A DNA stretch of 64,000 nucleotides, taken from Macrostomum lignano. Its lineage: Eukaryota. Both the position numbers and the translations under genes were made by a program. The notes beneath the pieces were generated by a model. That model saw only the letters and a program-made list of their open reading frames with translations. It did no database searches and was not told where the DNA came from. Shown here piece by piece: positions 49,776 through 61,923 of the stretch. The stretch spans positions 1 to 64,000 of the forward strand of contig NIVC01003380.1 in NCBI GenBank assembly GCA_002269645.1. Reading direction: 5' to 3'. The stretch's first letter is position 1. The number at the start of each line of letters is the position of its first letter.

Positions 49776-51480
49776 AAATTTTACGACTTAATTTTCGTCG
49801 ATTCAGTAGAAGATTTTCAGCAGAGACCAGTTTCAGTTTGCAAAATTAATTGGCAAGAGTTGAGGCATTCGAGAACTTTCTTTGCTTCAGGCTCAGGTAA
49901 CGGCGAAAAGAAACTTCATGGTTTATCTTAATAAGGGAGCTTTGATTGCCCAATTCAAAATCTTGGACGTTAAGAAAATGATGCACTTTGTGTTAATGTA
50001 GATCGTCACTCGTAGGATTGCAAAAATTTGGGAAGAAGAACCAATTTAAAAAGAATAATATGGGTACATTGATGACAGCGATCCTTATTCTATATTCTAT
50101 AAATGAAACAAAAAAACTTACATGCAAATTTTTATGTTTTATAATGTTGTTTGAATTTTCTAACTATATACATGGATTTCGACGCATATAATTATAATTT
50201 TATACTTTAACAGTGTATGACCTGCCTATTAAATTCTGACTATCTATCAATCTATTCATGTAATGTAGCACTAGTTTCACTAAATTTGTTGATTGCAAAT
50301 ATTTGTGTTTATTTTATTCTTTTTCTCTTTTCTTTTTCTGAAATCGTGTTTTCAAAAGATCAATTTACGCAATGTAAACGCGAATATTTCTGTAGTGCTA
50401 TTTGCCGATTAAAAATGTTTATTTATAATCAATCTTTGTGCGGAAACCTGTCATAGAACTCAGTCACAACATAAATTTCAGTTTTCTATTCTTTGTTTTA
50501 TTCTTGTTTCGCGTCTTATTTCCAATAATTATTTTCTAATAAAATTTAAAACTTCTCTTTTAATTTTTAAAATTTACTTCATAAACACTGTTAAAATAAT
50601 AAACATGTCGATTCATCTGTCATCTTCGAAAATCTGAGCGGGAGCAACTGAAAACTTAGTAGGGTACGAAATAAATTATAGCTGTGTAGAGAGGAGGATG
50701 ATGGATTTCATAATCCGTAAGGCTTTTAGATGTTTGGTTAGTCAGTGAAGAGAGTTTGATTTTGGTTTAAGTGCTTGGCGTATGCGAGCTTTTAAAAGCT
50801 GTATCTGGAATATTCGACGATTTTAACAAATATGCGGTATTTTATTATGTACAGCAGTAGCTATTAGAAGCAAATATTGATAGCTAGAAGTGTTACAGGC
50901 CTCTTAGCTCTCTGTTTAACAATCCCACTGCTGCAATCAAATTTGTTGTAAGAGGGGTCGGGGTTGCCGGGGATTTCTTAGGATTTGGAGAGAAATATAC
51001 AATTTCTACTACTAGAAGGAGTAAGCCTTAGGTTGCTCCTGGTGGCGTGGTGTGTCCGAGCGGCAAGGCACTATATTTCTACTCAGTCCGGATATCTAAG
51101 GAGGGGAAGGAAATAAGGAGGGGAAGGGGAATAAGGAGGGGAAGGGGAATAAGGGCTTCGCGGTGGATCAGAATTGCCTGGGAAACTGGCGCACTAGGGG
51201 AATTCTAATAACTGATAAGGGACGCTGACATGGGAGGGATGCGCTTAATAGGGAATTGAATGAAAGCCGGGTGCCTAATAGTTGGGGGAGTTAAGTGGGT
51301 AAGTGGGATAAGTGGGAGTTAAGCTCTACCTCCCGTCTCCCGAAAAGCCTAATGGAATAGGAAGGTAGAGTAATCTTAACCACTAGCCTCCCGTGCCTAT
51401 TTTTGCTCACACCCATTACCTCCCACAGCAGCTCTGCTGCCATAGAGTGTTCAAGCAGAAGCTAAAAAAGCTTGAGGCAC

Positions 51481-54400
51481 CCCTCTGGTAAATAAACCAG
51501 ATAACACCACAAGATAACATTCGCTCAAACAAGATAACATGCCCTATTCCGGTTATGCAAAATGTTATCTTGTATGAATCTTGTTTGCGTGACGAAATCT
51601 TACGTTTCCTTGTTTCAAACAAGATTCAAAAAGGATTTGCTGACCAGATAACAGTCGGGTAATTCATGCGAATCCTGCAGGGAAACATCGTGTTATCCTG
51701 TTTGTTATCTTGTTTGTTATCCTGTCTGGCAAAAAGGATTCGCTGACCAGGTAACAGTCGGGTAATTCATGCGAATCCTGCAGGGAAACATCGTGTTATC
51801 CTGTTTGTTATCTTGTTTGTTATCCTGTCTGGCAAAAAGGATTCGCTGAGCAGGTAAAAGTCGGGTAATCCATGCGAAAGAAGCCGGAAGGCATTGACAT
51901 CAAATTTCGCAGTAAAGATGCGTATAAGAAGTTGGTGATTCAAGATTTTATGAGTAGCATCTCTATATTTAACAGCGGGTTGTACTTTGTAAGCGCCTTG
52001 TACAAACTAAACAAGGAACAGGAACAAGCTCAACAGGAACGAAAACTTCTGGAGAACAGCGTGGCATACGTATGAGTTTCGACAGTCCAGTTATAAGTAG
52101 ACCTACTTATACTGTGGATACTAACTGATACTACTGAATTGGTGATCTGCTGCGAGCTGGTGCTGAGTCGCAGGTCGGACCTGCTGTACTCGGACGCGAC
52201 TCTGATGGCAGTCGACGCGTGAGCCAGACGTTTGAAAGATCGGGTCGCGCGCACGGAAGGCGATTAATGAGACCACTGACGGGGGCTTGCATTATATGCC
52301 GGCGCAATGGAACGACTCTGCATTATTAAAGTTAAATTAAATGGCGATGGAAGGCAGTTTCTCCAAAATATACACAGTTATAAAGAAACAGTAATGTACA
52401 TACACACTCGATCGCCCAGCTCTAACAGACAGCGACGGTTCGCCGACAATCATTACCAGATTGTACGACTGTTCACTAGTAATGTCAGCTACGTCGATAG
52501 AATTGTCATTCGTAGCATAGTCGTCGTCCGGAATCAACTGGCTTTCGTTGATCGGCTGCTCGTAGACCGGAGACATAGTGAATGGTGTATCATCTGATGC
52601 TCCGGCTCGCGCGGCGATGGCTTCGTTGCGTCCACGAAATGCCGACTACGCTGGAAACTCTTACCTAATTGTCTTCGCAATCCCGTATGCCAACGGTAAT
52701 ATCCAACCGACTTGGCGTTCCAGATGTCGCTAGTGCGATGGACGACATGCCAGTGGTAGTCAAACCTCTCGCACACAATCAGGGCGCAACAATTTTTCAA
52801 TTGTCACCTGTACGGAGGATGGGCACAGCCTCACATTACGGACGCTACAGAGCCGCCGAAAAGCAGATCAATTCACCTTGCAATTTCGAGGCTTTATTAC
52901 CCCTCGGATTAAAGATTGACCCGCGTAGTCAAATAAAAGTGACTACTCTTAGCCGCTGCCTTGAGCCACAAAAGACGCGAGGTTTGATTACCCCTCATAG
53001 GTCAGCATTTTCAGTCAACTGCTCAACTTTGATTCATCGGTTGAAGCGGGGTTCAATTATCACTCACTGGTGACCATACACCAACACCGCAGACGCTTTA
53101 GACAACCCAATGGAACATGCTCTAGCAAGAGCTAGAATAACGTCTGTCTTAAAAAAGGCTTACCTTAGAACTGGGCCAGTAGGAGCTTTTGGAACCATGC
53201 CACAGCTCCATCTAGACACCCAGCTGCACCAGATAATAGGGTATTCTGATACACTAAGTAACCGCGACAGACTACATGCCATTGGGAGTCAAACCTATCC
53301 AGCACAATAAGAATGCAATAGTTTGTCGGAGCAAACAAAGCTATCACCTGCAGGGAGGGTGGGCACGGCCTCACATTACGAGCGCTAGCGTTTGCTGATA
53401 TATGGCACTTTACCCCTCGCAGGTCAGCTTATCAGCTGCCTTGAGTCCCAACAGAAGCGAGGATTGATTATCCATCGCAGGTCAGCTTATGAGCTGCCTT
53501 GAGTCCCAACAGACGCGAGGATTGATTATCCATCGCAGGTCAGCTTATTAGCTGCCTTGAGACACAACAGACGCGAGGATTGATTATCCATCGCAGGTCA
53601 GCATATTAGCTGCATTGAGTCCCAACAGACGCGAGGATTGATTATCCATCGCAGGTCAGCTTATCAGCTGCCTTGAGTCCCAACAGAAGCGAGGATCGAT
53701 TATCCATCGCAGGTCAGCTTATCAGCTGCCTTGAGTCCCAACAGAAGCGAGGATCGATTATCCATCGCAGGTCAGCTTATCAGCTGCCTTGAGTCCCAAC
53801 AGAAGCGAGGATCGATTATCCATCGCAGGTCAGCTTATCAGCTGCCTTGAGTCCCAACAGAAGCGAGGATCGATTATCCATCGCAGGTCAGCTTATGAGC
53901 TAGCCTTGAGTCCCAACAGACGCGAGGATTGATTATCCATCGCAGGTCAGCATAGCAGCTGCCTTGAGCCACAACAGAAGCGAGGATTGATTATCCATCG
54001 CAGGTCAGCATAGCAGCTGCCTTGAGCCATAACAGAAGCGAGGATTGATTACCCCTCGCAGGTCAGCTTATCAGCTGCCTTGAGCCACAACAGAAGCGAG
54101 GATTGATTACCCATCGCAGGTCAGCATAGCAGCTGCCTTGAGCCACAACAGAAGCGAGGATTGATTATCCATCGCAGGTCAGCATAGCAGCTGCCTTGAG
54201 CCATAACAGAAGCGAGGATTGATTACCCATCGCAGGTCAGCATAGCAGTTGCCTTGAGCCACAACAGAAGCGAGGATTGATTACCCATCGCAGGTCAGCA
54301 TAGCAGCTGCCTTGAGCCACAACAGAAGCGAGGATTGATTATCCATCGCAGGTCAGCTTATGAGCTGCCTTGAGCCATAACAGAAGCGAGGATTGATTAC

Positions 54401-55394
54401 CCATCGCAGGTCAGCATAGCAGTTGCCTTGAGCCACAACAGAAGCGAGGATTGATTACCCATCGCAGGTCAGCATAGCAGCTGCCTTGAGCCACAACAGA
54501 AGCGAGGATTGATTATCCATCGCAGGTCAGCTTATGAGCTGCCTTGAGCCACAACAGAAGCGAGGATTGATTATCCATCGCAGGTCAGCATAGCAGCTGC
54601 CTTGAGCCACAACAAACGCGAAGTCCAGTCTTATCCATAACTTCATAGAGATTCGAGTCAATGGGAGCTGATCCCTGTGGATTTGCCGAATCACTTGGTC
54701 TAGATCACTGAGGAATTCCGACTGAACTCCTGAAATCTCATCCAGAATATTTTCATTTGGAAAACCTGAAATTTGGGTCTACAATTAGAATTTAGCAGCT
54801 GTTCCAGGTTAAAAATTTCGGAAAATGCAGCCGGAACCGCTTTCCTTTTTCCCGAACTTTTGCAGGATCACATTTCCGGAAAAAGGGGCTATTCCGGGCT
54901 AAAAATGCTGATCCGGGCCTTCATTTGGAAATCATTTGGAAATGATTTAAATCTTGTACTGTTATCTGTCTTTCAAACAAGATTCGCACCATGTTATCCT
55001 GTGAAATTCCGATTCAAACAAGATTCAATCAAACAAGAAAACAAAAAATTACCTGGTGGCGAATCTTGTACTGTTATCTGATTTTCAAACAAGATTCGCA
55101 CCATATTATCCTGTGAAATTCCGATTCAAACAAGATTCAATCAAACAAGAAAACAAAAAATTATCTGGTGGCAAATCTTGTCATGTAATCTGATTTCTAA
55201 GCAAGATTCGGGCCATGTTATCTGGTGAAATTCAGATAACTCACCAGATAACAGTCAAACAAGAAAACAAAAAATTACCTGGTGACGAATCTGGTGGTTT
55301 CACCAGTTTCGCACCTCAAACAAGGAAATCGGTAGTGAATCTGACAAGATTCGCAAATTATATTGTGGTGTTATCTGGTTTATTTACCAGAGGG
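51481..55394. mobile_element. Non-autonomous CMC/EnSpm-like TIR element (3914 bp)
   Basis: Perfect 32-bp TIR CCCTCTGGTAAATAAACCAGATAACACCACAA. 2-bp TSD AC. Long subterminal repeats (about 102-bp units on the left, about 120-bp units on the right) rich in GTTATC/AAACAAGAT. No transposase. Confidence 0.8.
53417..54615. repeat. Minisatellite, about 21 units of 57-58 bp
   Basis: Unit TCGCAGGTCAGCTTATCAGCTGCCTTGAGTCCCAACAGAAGCGAGGATTGATTATCCA, and a 57-bp variant ...CATAGCAGCTGCCTTGAGCCACAACAG.... No spacers. Confidence 0.95.
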
Positions 55395-56302
55395 ACGTCT
55401 CACTCCCTTACCCTCCCACAGTTTTTAAGCCAAAAAGCCAATGCTTTATTTTAAGCTTTTTTTGCTTTATTTTATTAAATATGAATTAGGAAGTGTCCTG
55501 GACAAATTTAACATTCTTTTTCACGTGAAGAGAATCTATGCAGAATAACAAATTTCATGATTCATATTTAATAAAATAAAGCAAAAAAAAGCTTAAAATA
55601 AAGCATTTTACTGAAAGTTTGTTAGGAATAAACAAATTTAATGCTTGTTCCTACGATTCGTACGACAGAAACTAAAGTGTCTGTAGAAGTGTCTGAATAA
55701 GTGTCGGCGAATGTTTTTTTTGACTCAAGGCTATTTTTAGAACAAACTGTTCTTTTGGCGCCAGGCCTATAATTTCAAGCCAGCACAAGTTGCCTTCTAG
55801 AGAGGCTAATACGCTTGTATTTATACTCTTATTACTAAAAATGGCGGATAGTTTAAAACAAAAATATTCTTATTGAAAAGTTTTTATCAGAGATGCGCGC
55901 TGAAGTTACTAATTTTCTAACAAAATAAACATTTAATATACGTATTATTACTAATAATAAAGTGTCAGCAGATTACTCGTAAAATACGCAAGAAAAAGGC
56001 GGTAAGTATTAAGATTCTATTTATGCGCAAATAATAATCGATAAGGCAAGAGTTAATAGATAAGGCTAGTTTTGAGAACAAAGAATTAGGTATGCAACAA
56101 TGATTAAAAGAGTTATGTACTCGTAGTTATACAATTAACATTATAATAGGCCGTTACAGAAGCAAGCAGGATCTTAGTTTGTATCCTGACACACCAAGAA
56201 GAGGCTACTCCAGTTCCTTCCTTGAGCCGCTTAAGGTCCCCTTTCCTGGTTGTCAGCCATCGTACCCAACTGCCACGACTGCTCCAAAAAATCTATCGCA
56301 TC

Positions 56303-56508
56303 GTGTCTAACAGGTTGCATTGTTTCTAATATGTTGCATTGTGTCTAACAGGTTGCATTGTTTCTAATATGTTGCATTGTGTCTAACAGGTTGCATTGTT
56401 TCTAATATGTTGCATTGTGTCTAACAGGTTGCATTGTGTATAACAGGTTTCATTGTGTCTAACAGGTTGCATTCTGTCTAACAGGTTGCATTGCGTCTAA
56501 CGGTTGCA
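56303..56508. repeat. 19-bp tandem repeat, about 11 units, two alternating variants
   Basis: GTGTCTAACAGGTTGCATT alternating with GTTTCTAATATGTTGCATT. Confidence 0.9.
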
Positions 56509-56650
56509 CATCTGGCCCAATTAGGGTAGGTGCAATCAATTATTATTATTATTATCGTGTCCAGCAGACTGTGTTCTGTTGTTGAATTAACGAACGCAGA
56601 AACAAGATAGATAATTATCCGGGCGCTCAGTGGCACCAAAAGAAGGCTTG

Positions 56651-56768
56651 GCCAATAGGAGGACGGCTCGTATATTTATGCTCGCGGGGAAGGAAAGTTC
56701 TAGAAAGACCGGGAAAGGAAACTTCTGGAACTATGCGTAAACAAGTCCTGCTGTGGAAGTTTCTAGAA
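56651..56768 (-). promoter_or_regulatory. Cluster of three perfect heat-shock elements next to TATA-like and CCAAT motifs
   Basis: GAAnnTTCnnGAA at 56693-56705, 56718-56730 and 56756-56768. CATAAATATA on the minus strand at about 56671-56680. CCAAT at 56652. Confidence 0.65.
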
Positions 56769-57669
56769 ACGCTGTCCCCGAACTATCCCTACGCATTGCA
56801 TGCCTTTGCAATACACAACAGACTGCATCGATGTCTATCAGCTGATCCAATCTTGCATGTTATTTGTACCTCACTTTTTCCGCTGCACTTCCAAAACTAA
56901 ACAACGGGCACATTATAGGTATCTGAGTAGCTAGCTGATAGTGCTTCATGCAAAAAATGTGCAAAACTACGTGGACAAGGGTAGTAGTATATTTCGTATA
57001 TTCGGGTAGTGAGTTTCAACTGTTTCAATTAAAATAGACGCGTCGTAGCGGATAAATACGGTTGAAAAGTTAAACAAAAAGTTTAGTTTAGAAGAAATAA
57101 ACAAAAAGAATAAGCTGGACTTGAGTAACAAAATAAAGATTAAGAATCTGGTACAAAAGAAAAGCATTGATTGACGTGCCGGCATTTGAGAAAAATAACT
57201 TCATAAACAAGATAAATTATCACCAGAGAAAATTAAGTATATGTGGACTACTATTGTCAAATAAAAAGCTTTTTTCAGTAAAAAATCGATTATAACAAAC
57301 AATGGCGAAAGCCAAAGGTGCCTTTTGAAAAAAAAGTTTAAATATTCTGGCGACAACGAACACTACAGCATTCAATAGGGCATGCGAGTGAAATTGGAGG
57401 CAGAGAAAAGTTTAATAATGATAATTTTGGCTTAGTTTGTAAAAATTTCCTTAAAACGATTGTAACATTAAAATTCAAAAACAGAAAAAGCGTTATTCAA
57501 ACTTTTGTTGACTCTGCCACAAAAAATCTTGCATGACTTCGAAAAGAGATTTTATAAATAAATTAACAAATAAACTTTTTAAAATGATTTGTTATAAGGG
57601 CTTTGGCAATTTTCGCTTCCAGTTTCCTTCGATACGCCATCATTTTAGCTTTTCTCCCAAAAAGCCCCA

Positions 57670-60142
57670 CTAATTGCATTGATCAATCGGCCACACCTTG
57701 ACGAAGCCCTGGTCGCTGCCGGTGTTGCCGCCGCTGCTGGCGGCGCAGCCGCTGCCGCCACAGAAGGAGCCGCCGCCTCCGCCGCCGTGATTGCCAGCGA
57801 CGCCGGCACCGCCGCCGCTGTAGCCGCCGCCACCGCCACCGGCGTTGAGACTCGTCATCGGGTAATTAGCTCCTCCGCCTCCGCCACCGAAGCCGCCAGC
57901 AGTCCCAGCGCTGTCACAAATCCAGCCATCAGCCAGACTGCCGCCTCGACCTCCATCGTACATGTTACTTGGTGGGTTTGCTGCCTTTCCCAGCCACCCG
58001 GCGCCGCAGCCACCGACGTAAGAGTCTGTTTTCCTTCCAGCGGGGTTGTTGGATCCGGGCTGACCGTTCGCTCCTCCGTAGCCGTAGTATGGAGTGTCAC
58101 CGGGTATCGAAGCCGTACCGGATGTTCCTCCGGAACCGGCGGCGCCTGAAATATTAACCATGGAGGGGTATATTTTACGAGATATTAGAGTCATTGATGG
58201 ACAACCGAAGCAGAAAGACCCTAAAACTTGATTTTTTCAGAAATGAGCTGCTAGACACCGATTAAGGAACACTTATTAGTTGTGGTATCTGTCCTAGCTA
58301 TAGTGTTCTACCGTAATTACATGTACGACTATGCAGTTACAGGAAAATTTGGCGCAGCATTTTTTTGAGCAAAATTCGGTTACGGATTGCGACTACGGAG
58401 ATCCTGCCTAGCTAGTGGCGGCTACGGTTACGGATCAAGGACGGCTTAAGTGGAAGGACAGGAAACCTCGTTTTTGGAAAATGTTTGAAGGCAGGTTTCC
58501 TCCGAAAAAAATACACAGCGGAGATAGGAAGTTTTCATTTTTTCAGCACAAAAATTGTTATTGCTTTTGATAGGAGGCAGATCCAGTGTTCGTCTTTTGA
58601 TAATTTGCGCCTTTCTTATTGCTCTATTGATATTCATAAAGCTTCTAGTTCAGAAAAATCGGATTCTATGTTAATTTTTTATTCTACCCACGTAGTCCAA
58701 TTTTCGTCGCTTTTTAGTGCAACCACCCAGCTTCCTTCTAGTGCCATTGTGAGAATAATGGCGTATCATTTGTGTACATATGTTACTCGGCTCCACTTTA
58801 TGGGCTTAAGTTGACGGGCCCATTGCGATGTTTTTCCAACTTCTTTAAATTCGAATGAAACATTTACCACTAACAATACTACATTTCACTCTCATAGTCG
58901 CTGGGGACAGGGCCGGGGTAGCAAGGGGTCTCGTACTGCAATGTGTTTTAGGCAGCTAAAGAAAAAATCTAAAAAAACATTCAACTATGTTTGATAGTCT
59001 CTATTGTTATTCATGTCAGAGATTCAGCAGGAAAAGTAGCCCCTTTTAGCAAGAATTCTTAGACTAGAAGCTTTGTTACATGTGCCTCAGCATTCCACCT
59101 TGATCATTGGCAGGCCCGATCACACACATACCGACAGAACATTTTTAGTGTATTGGATTAACAGGCATTAAAAGCATTACCATTAGTAGTGTAACAGGCG
59201 CCTCCACCACCGCCGGCGGCCAGAAGCAGTGTTGGCAAACCAGTCGTGTTAAATGTGTACACGAAGCTGCCTCCGCCTCCGCCAGCTCCTGTGTAGCCCC
59301 CCCCAGCTGAGCGATCCACCAGCACCGCCCTGCTGTCCGACAGCAATGGTCAGCAGGATACCGGCTGTCAGGCTGAAGGTGCCAGCGATGGCGGCTCCGC
59401 GACCGCCTGATTTGGCTGTGCTGGAGCCGCCGCTGGCACCGGCAGCTTCAATTCGGTAGCACCCGGTGGAGTTGATCAGCAGCTGCTGGATGGAGCCGGT
59501 CCGGCCGGTTCCGGTGTCTGAAATTTACGACTTCTGCTGTTAGGGAACTGTGCCAACGATCTTTTATTACTTTGGCTGGCGATAAAGTCAGGATCTTGAG
59601 CTTTGTCCACCATGTCAACAGCTTGCTTCTTTCTTGCTTGCTTCACACATTTTCTCGACTTTCCAGACAAGCCGAAGTGAAAGAGTAGAAATAAATGCTC
59701 ACTTATAAAAGTCCTGTTGTCCCGAGGTCCCGAGCTTATCTTGTCGAACGTCCAGACCCTGGCTCCGGCCTCCGAGCCCAGCAGCCTCTGCACGCGACTC
59801 CCGGACGAGTGGCCTTCGTACACCATGGCCATTTGGCAGAGCCCGATGCTCTCGTGAGCCACCACCACAGAGCAGCCTCTCGATAGGCACCTCGTCACGC
59901 AGTCGATCTCGGAAGCCACCCCGGTCACATTGATCACTTCGCTGCTCACCGAGGCGTTGATGGTAACGGGCTCATCGACCAGGTAGTACTCTTGCTCAGG
60001 AGCTTGGCTGGCAGTCACGCAGGTGGCTGAAATCAGCAAATTAATTGGGAGTTCAGGGATATTTGGGTCAAAGTGAGTTGCGGAATGGATTAGGTATCTT
60101 ACCGGTGGAGAGCAGGCTAAGTAGTACTATTTGCGAAATCAT
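57670..60142 (-). CDS. Paralog B: secreted PAN/apple plus ALK/LTK-like glycine-rich protein, 4 exons, with a +1 frameshift in a G8 run
   Basis: Exons 60142-60103 (MISQIVLLSLLST), 60026-59703, 59517-59181 (337 nt, one base too long) and 58145-57670. YRIEAAGASGG...GTFSLTAG.LLTIAVGQQG...GGGGSFV...LLLAAGGGGG matches the ALK/LTK glycine-rich domain pattern. Confidence 0.75.
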
Positions 60143-61923
60143 TTCAGTAAAGAAAACTAGGATTGAATATTATAAAATCAGGGTTAGTCTTGATTTGTAT
60201 CGCCTTGAAAAAAGACTTGAACCCCTGCTTATTAGGAGAGCCTCACAATTTCTGTGGTGCGAGAATTTTGCTAAATAGCCTAAGTATACCACAAGGAAGG
60301 CAGGTAAACAACCTCTTCATCGCTATTTTTACCCTTCGGTCAATACGCCAGCCTCTCAATCCTGTCAGGCTTCCCTGGCAGCTTTCAGCTTTTGTCTCAG
60401 TTTTTGCCAGTGAATTTGGGAGCCTCTTAAAACAAAAGCAAAGACCAGTAAGGCGGCAGGCGAGTCTTGCTGAGCAAAGAACAATGATCAGGAGTAGAAA
60501 CTCTTGTTGGGTGTTGAGAAGTTAGAAGCATCTTCCTCCTCTTTTGGCGGGGCCGGGTTAATAACTTAGAAGATCGCCTTGGCAACAAAGGCACTTGGCA
60601 ACTAAATGGACGAGAGGGGCAGGAGGACAGGTGCTCAGCGTCAGCAGGGTAGGAGGCTTCTCTCCTCCCCTTTCAATTTTCTGCTGACTTTCAGACCCTT
60701 TTAGTTGAGCTGACAATACTCACTCAAAACACTTCTGTACTGCTTTTTAAGCACATTAAGCACAGGTTTTTTGAGAAACAGACTTTCCTAGAACCGAAGA
60801 AGTTGCTTCCTTAACCGATGTTCGGTAGTATGGCCCATGGGCGACATTACTTGACAGAGAAGATTGTTAACCGCAAACATTTAACTTTAGCTTAAATAAT
60901 TAAAATGGAACACCTCTGCGGCGTGTACAACGATTTTCAAATAACAATAAGAATCAGGTGTTAAAATTCTTTTGTGCAATGTTTATTTGTTATAAAGAAC
61001 TGCATAGTGCACAAGCTGCGATCGAAATCGAACAAATCGGGTTGTTAATGATGCAGAGCTTAGAGAAATGGCAACATTTAAAACTTGCACAAGTAAACAA
61101 CTTCTCTTGAATCTCCCTAATTGCATGTTGCACAACTTCCACTTTACACTGCGGGGCGTATATTACGTAATCACCACGCTGAGCGATAGGGTGTAACAGC
61201 AAAATTACAAATTCGAATTACACCCTCATGGGGAGGTCCGAGAGAAGTTGCTTACTGGCCCAAAGGGCCCAAATTAAATATCACAGATTGAAAAACCTTT
61301 TTTACTTTGTGAAAGAAAAATACAGCAAAAAAAGCAAAAAGAACAGGAGCAACTATGAAGGCAATTTCTAGCAGAAAGTACATGATGTTTACGAAGAAGA
61401 AAATGTACTAGTAGTAATAATAACCGTATGCATGTGCTATATAGAATTGTTGTGTCAGGTCACGGGTAGGGGCTGAAGCCCAGCGGTCCAACGTGGCGCT
61501 CTGATGTGCCAGCAGCCCAGGCTCGATACCAAGTGCAGTCACATTAATTTGGGGCTGAATTGGAATCTCGGCTTGGCTCTGCTCCTGAAATTAACGTCTT
61601 TGAGGCCCAACCCCCAAGGCACAGTGAAGTGTACATGCCTAACGATAAATAAAGTCAGGGCCGCTGTAAACTCCTGTGTGAGTGTGTGCCTGTGCGTATG
61701 ACTGCGTACGTATCCGCGGGCTTGTGTGCCTGCTCAGGGGATTCGGCGGAATGGGCGCCAGTAATGGCTCTCGCCGGTTGTGTGCCAATGTCGCGCCTAA
61801 AGTGCGCCAGGCTACACACAACCGCCTGCCTCTAACTAACTAGAAATCTTACTTAGGCTGGTAAATAACATTGACAAAAACGTTCGAATTCTCAACCCAA
61901 AGTTGTTTTATCATCAAAACTGT

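Noticed and set aside
51041-51070. tRNA A-box-like GTGTCCGAGCGGCAAGGC
   Set aside because: No B-box or cloverleaf follows.
53417-54615. Possible CRISPR array
   Set aside because: Contiguous tandem units with no unique spacers, no cas genes and a eukaryotic context.
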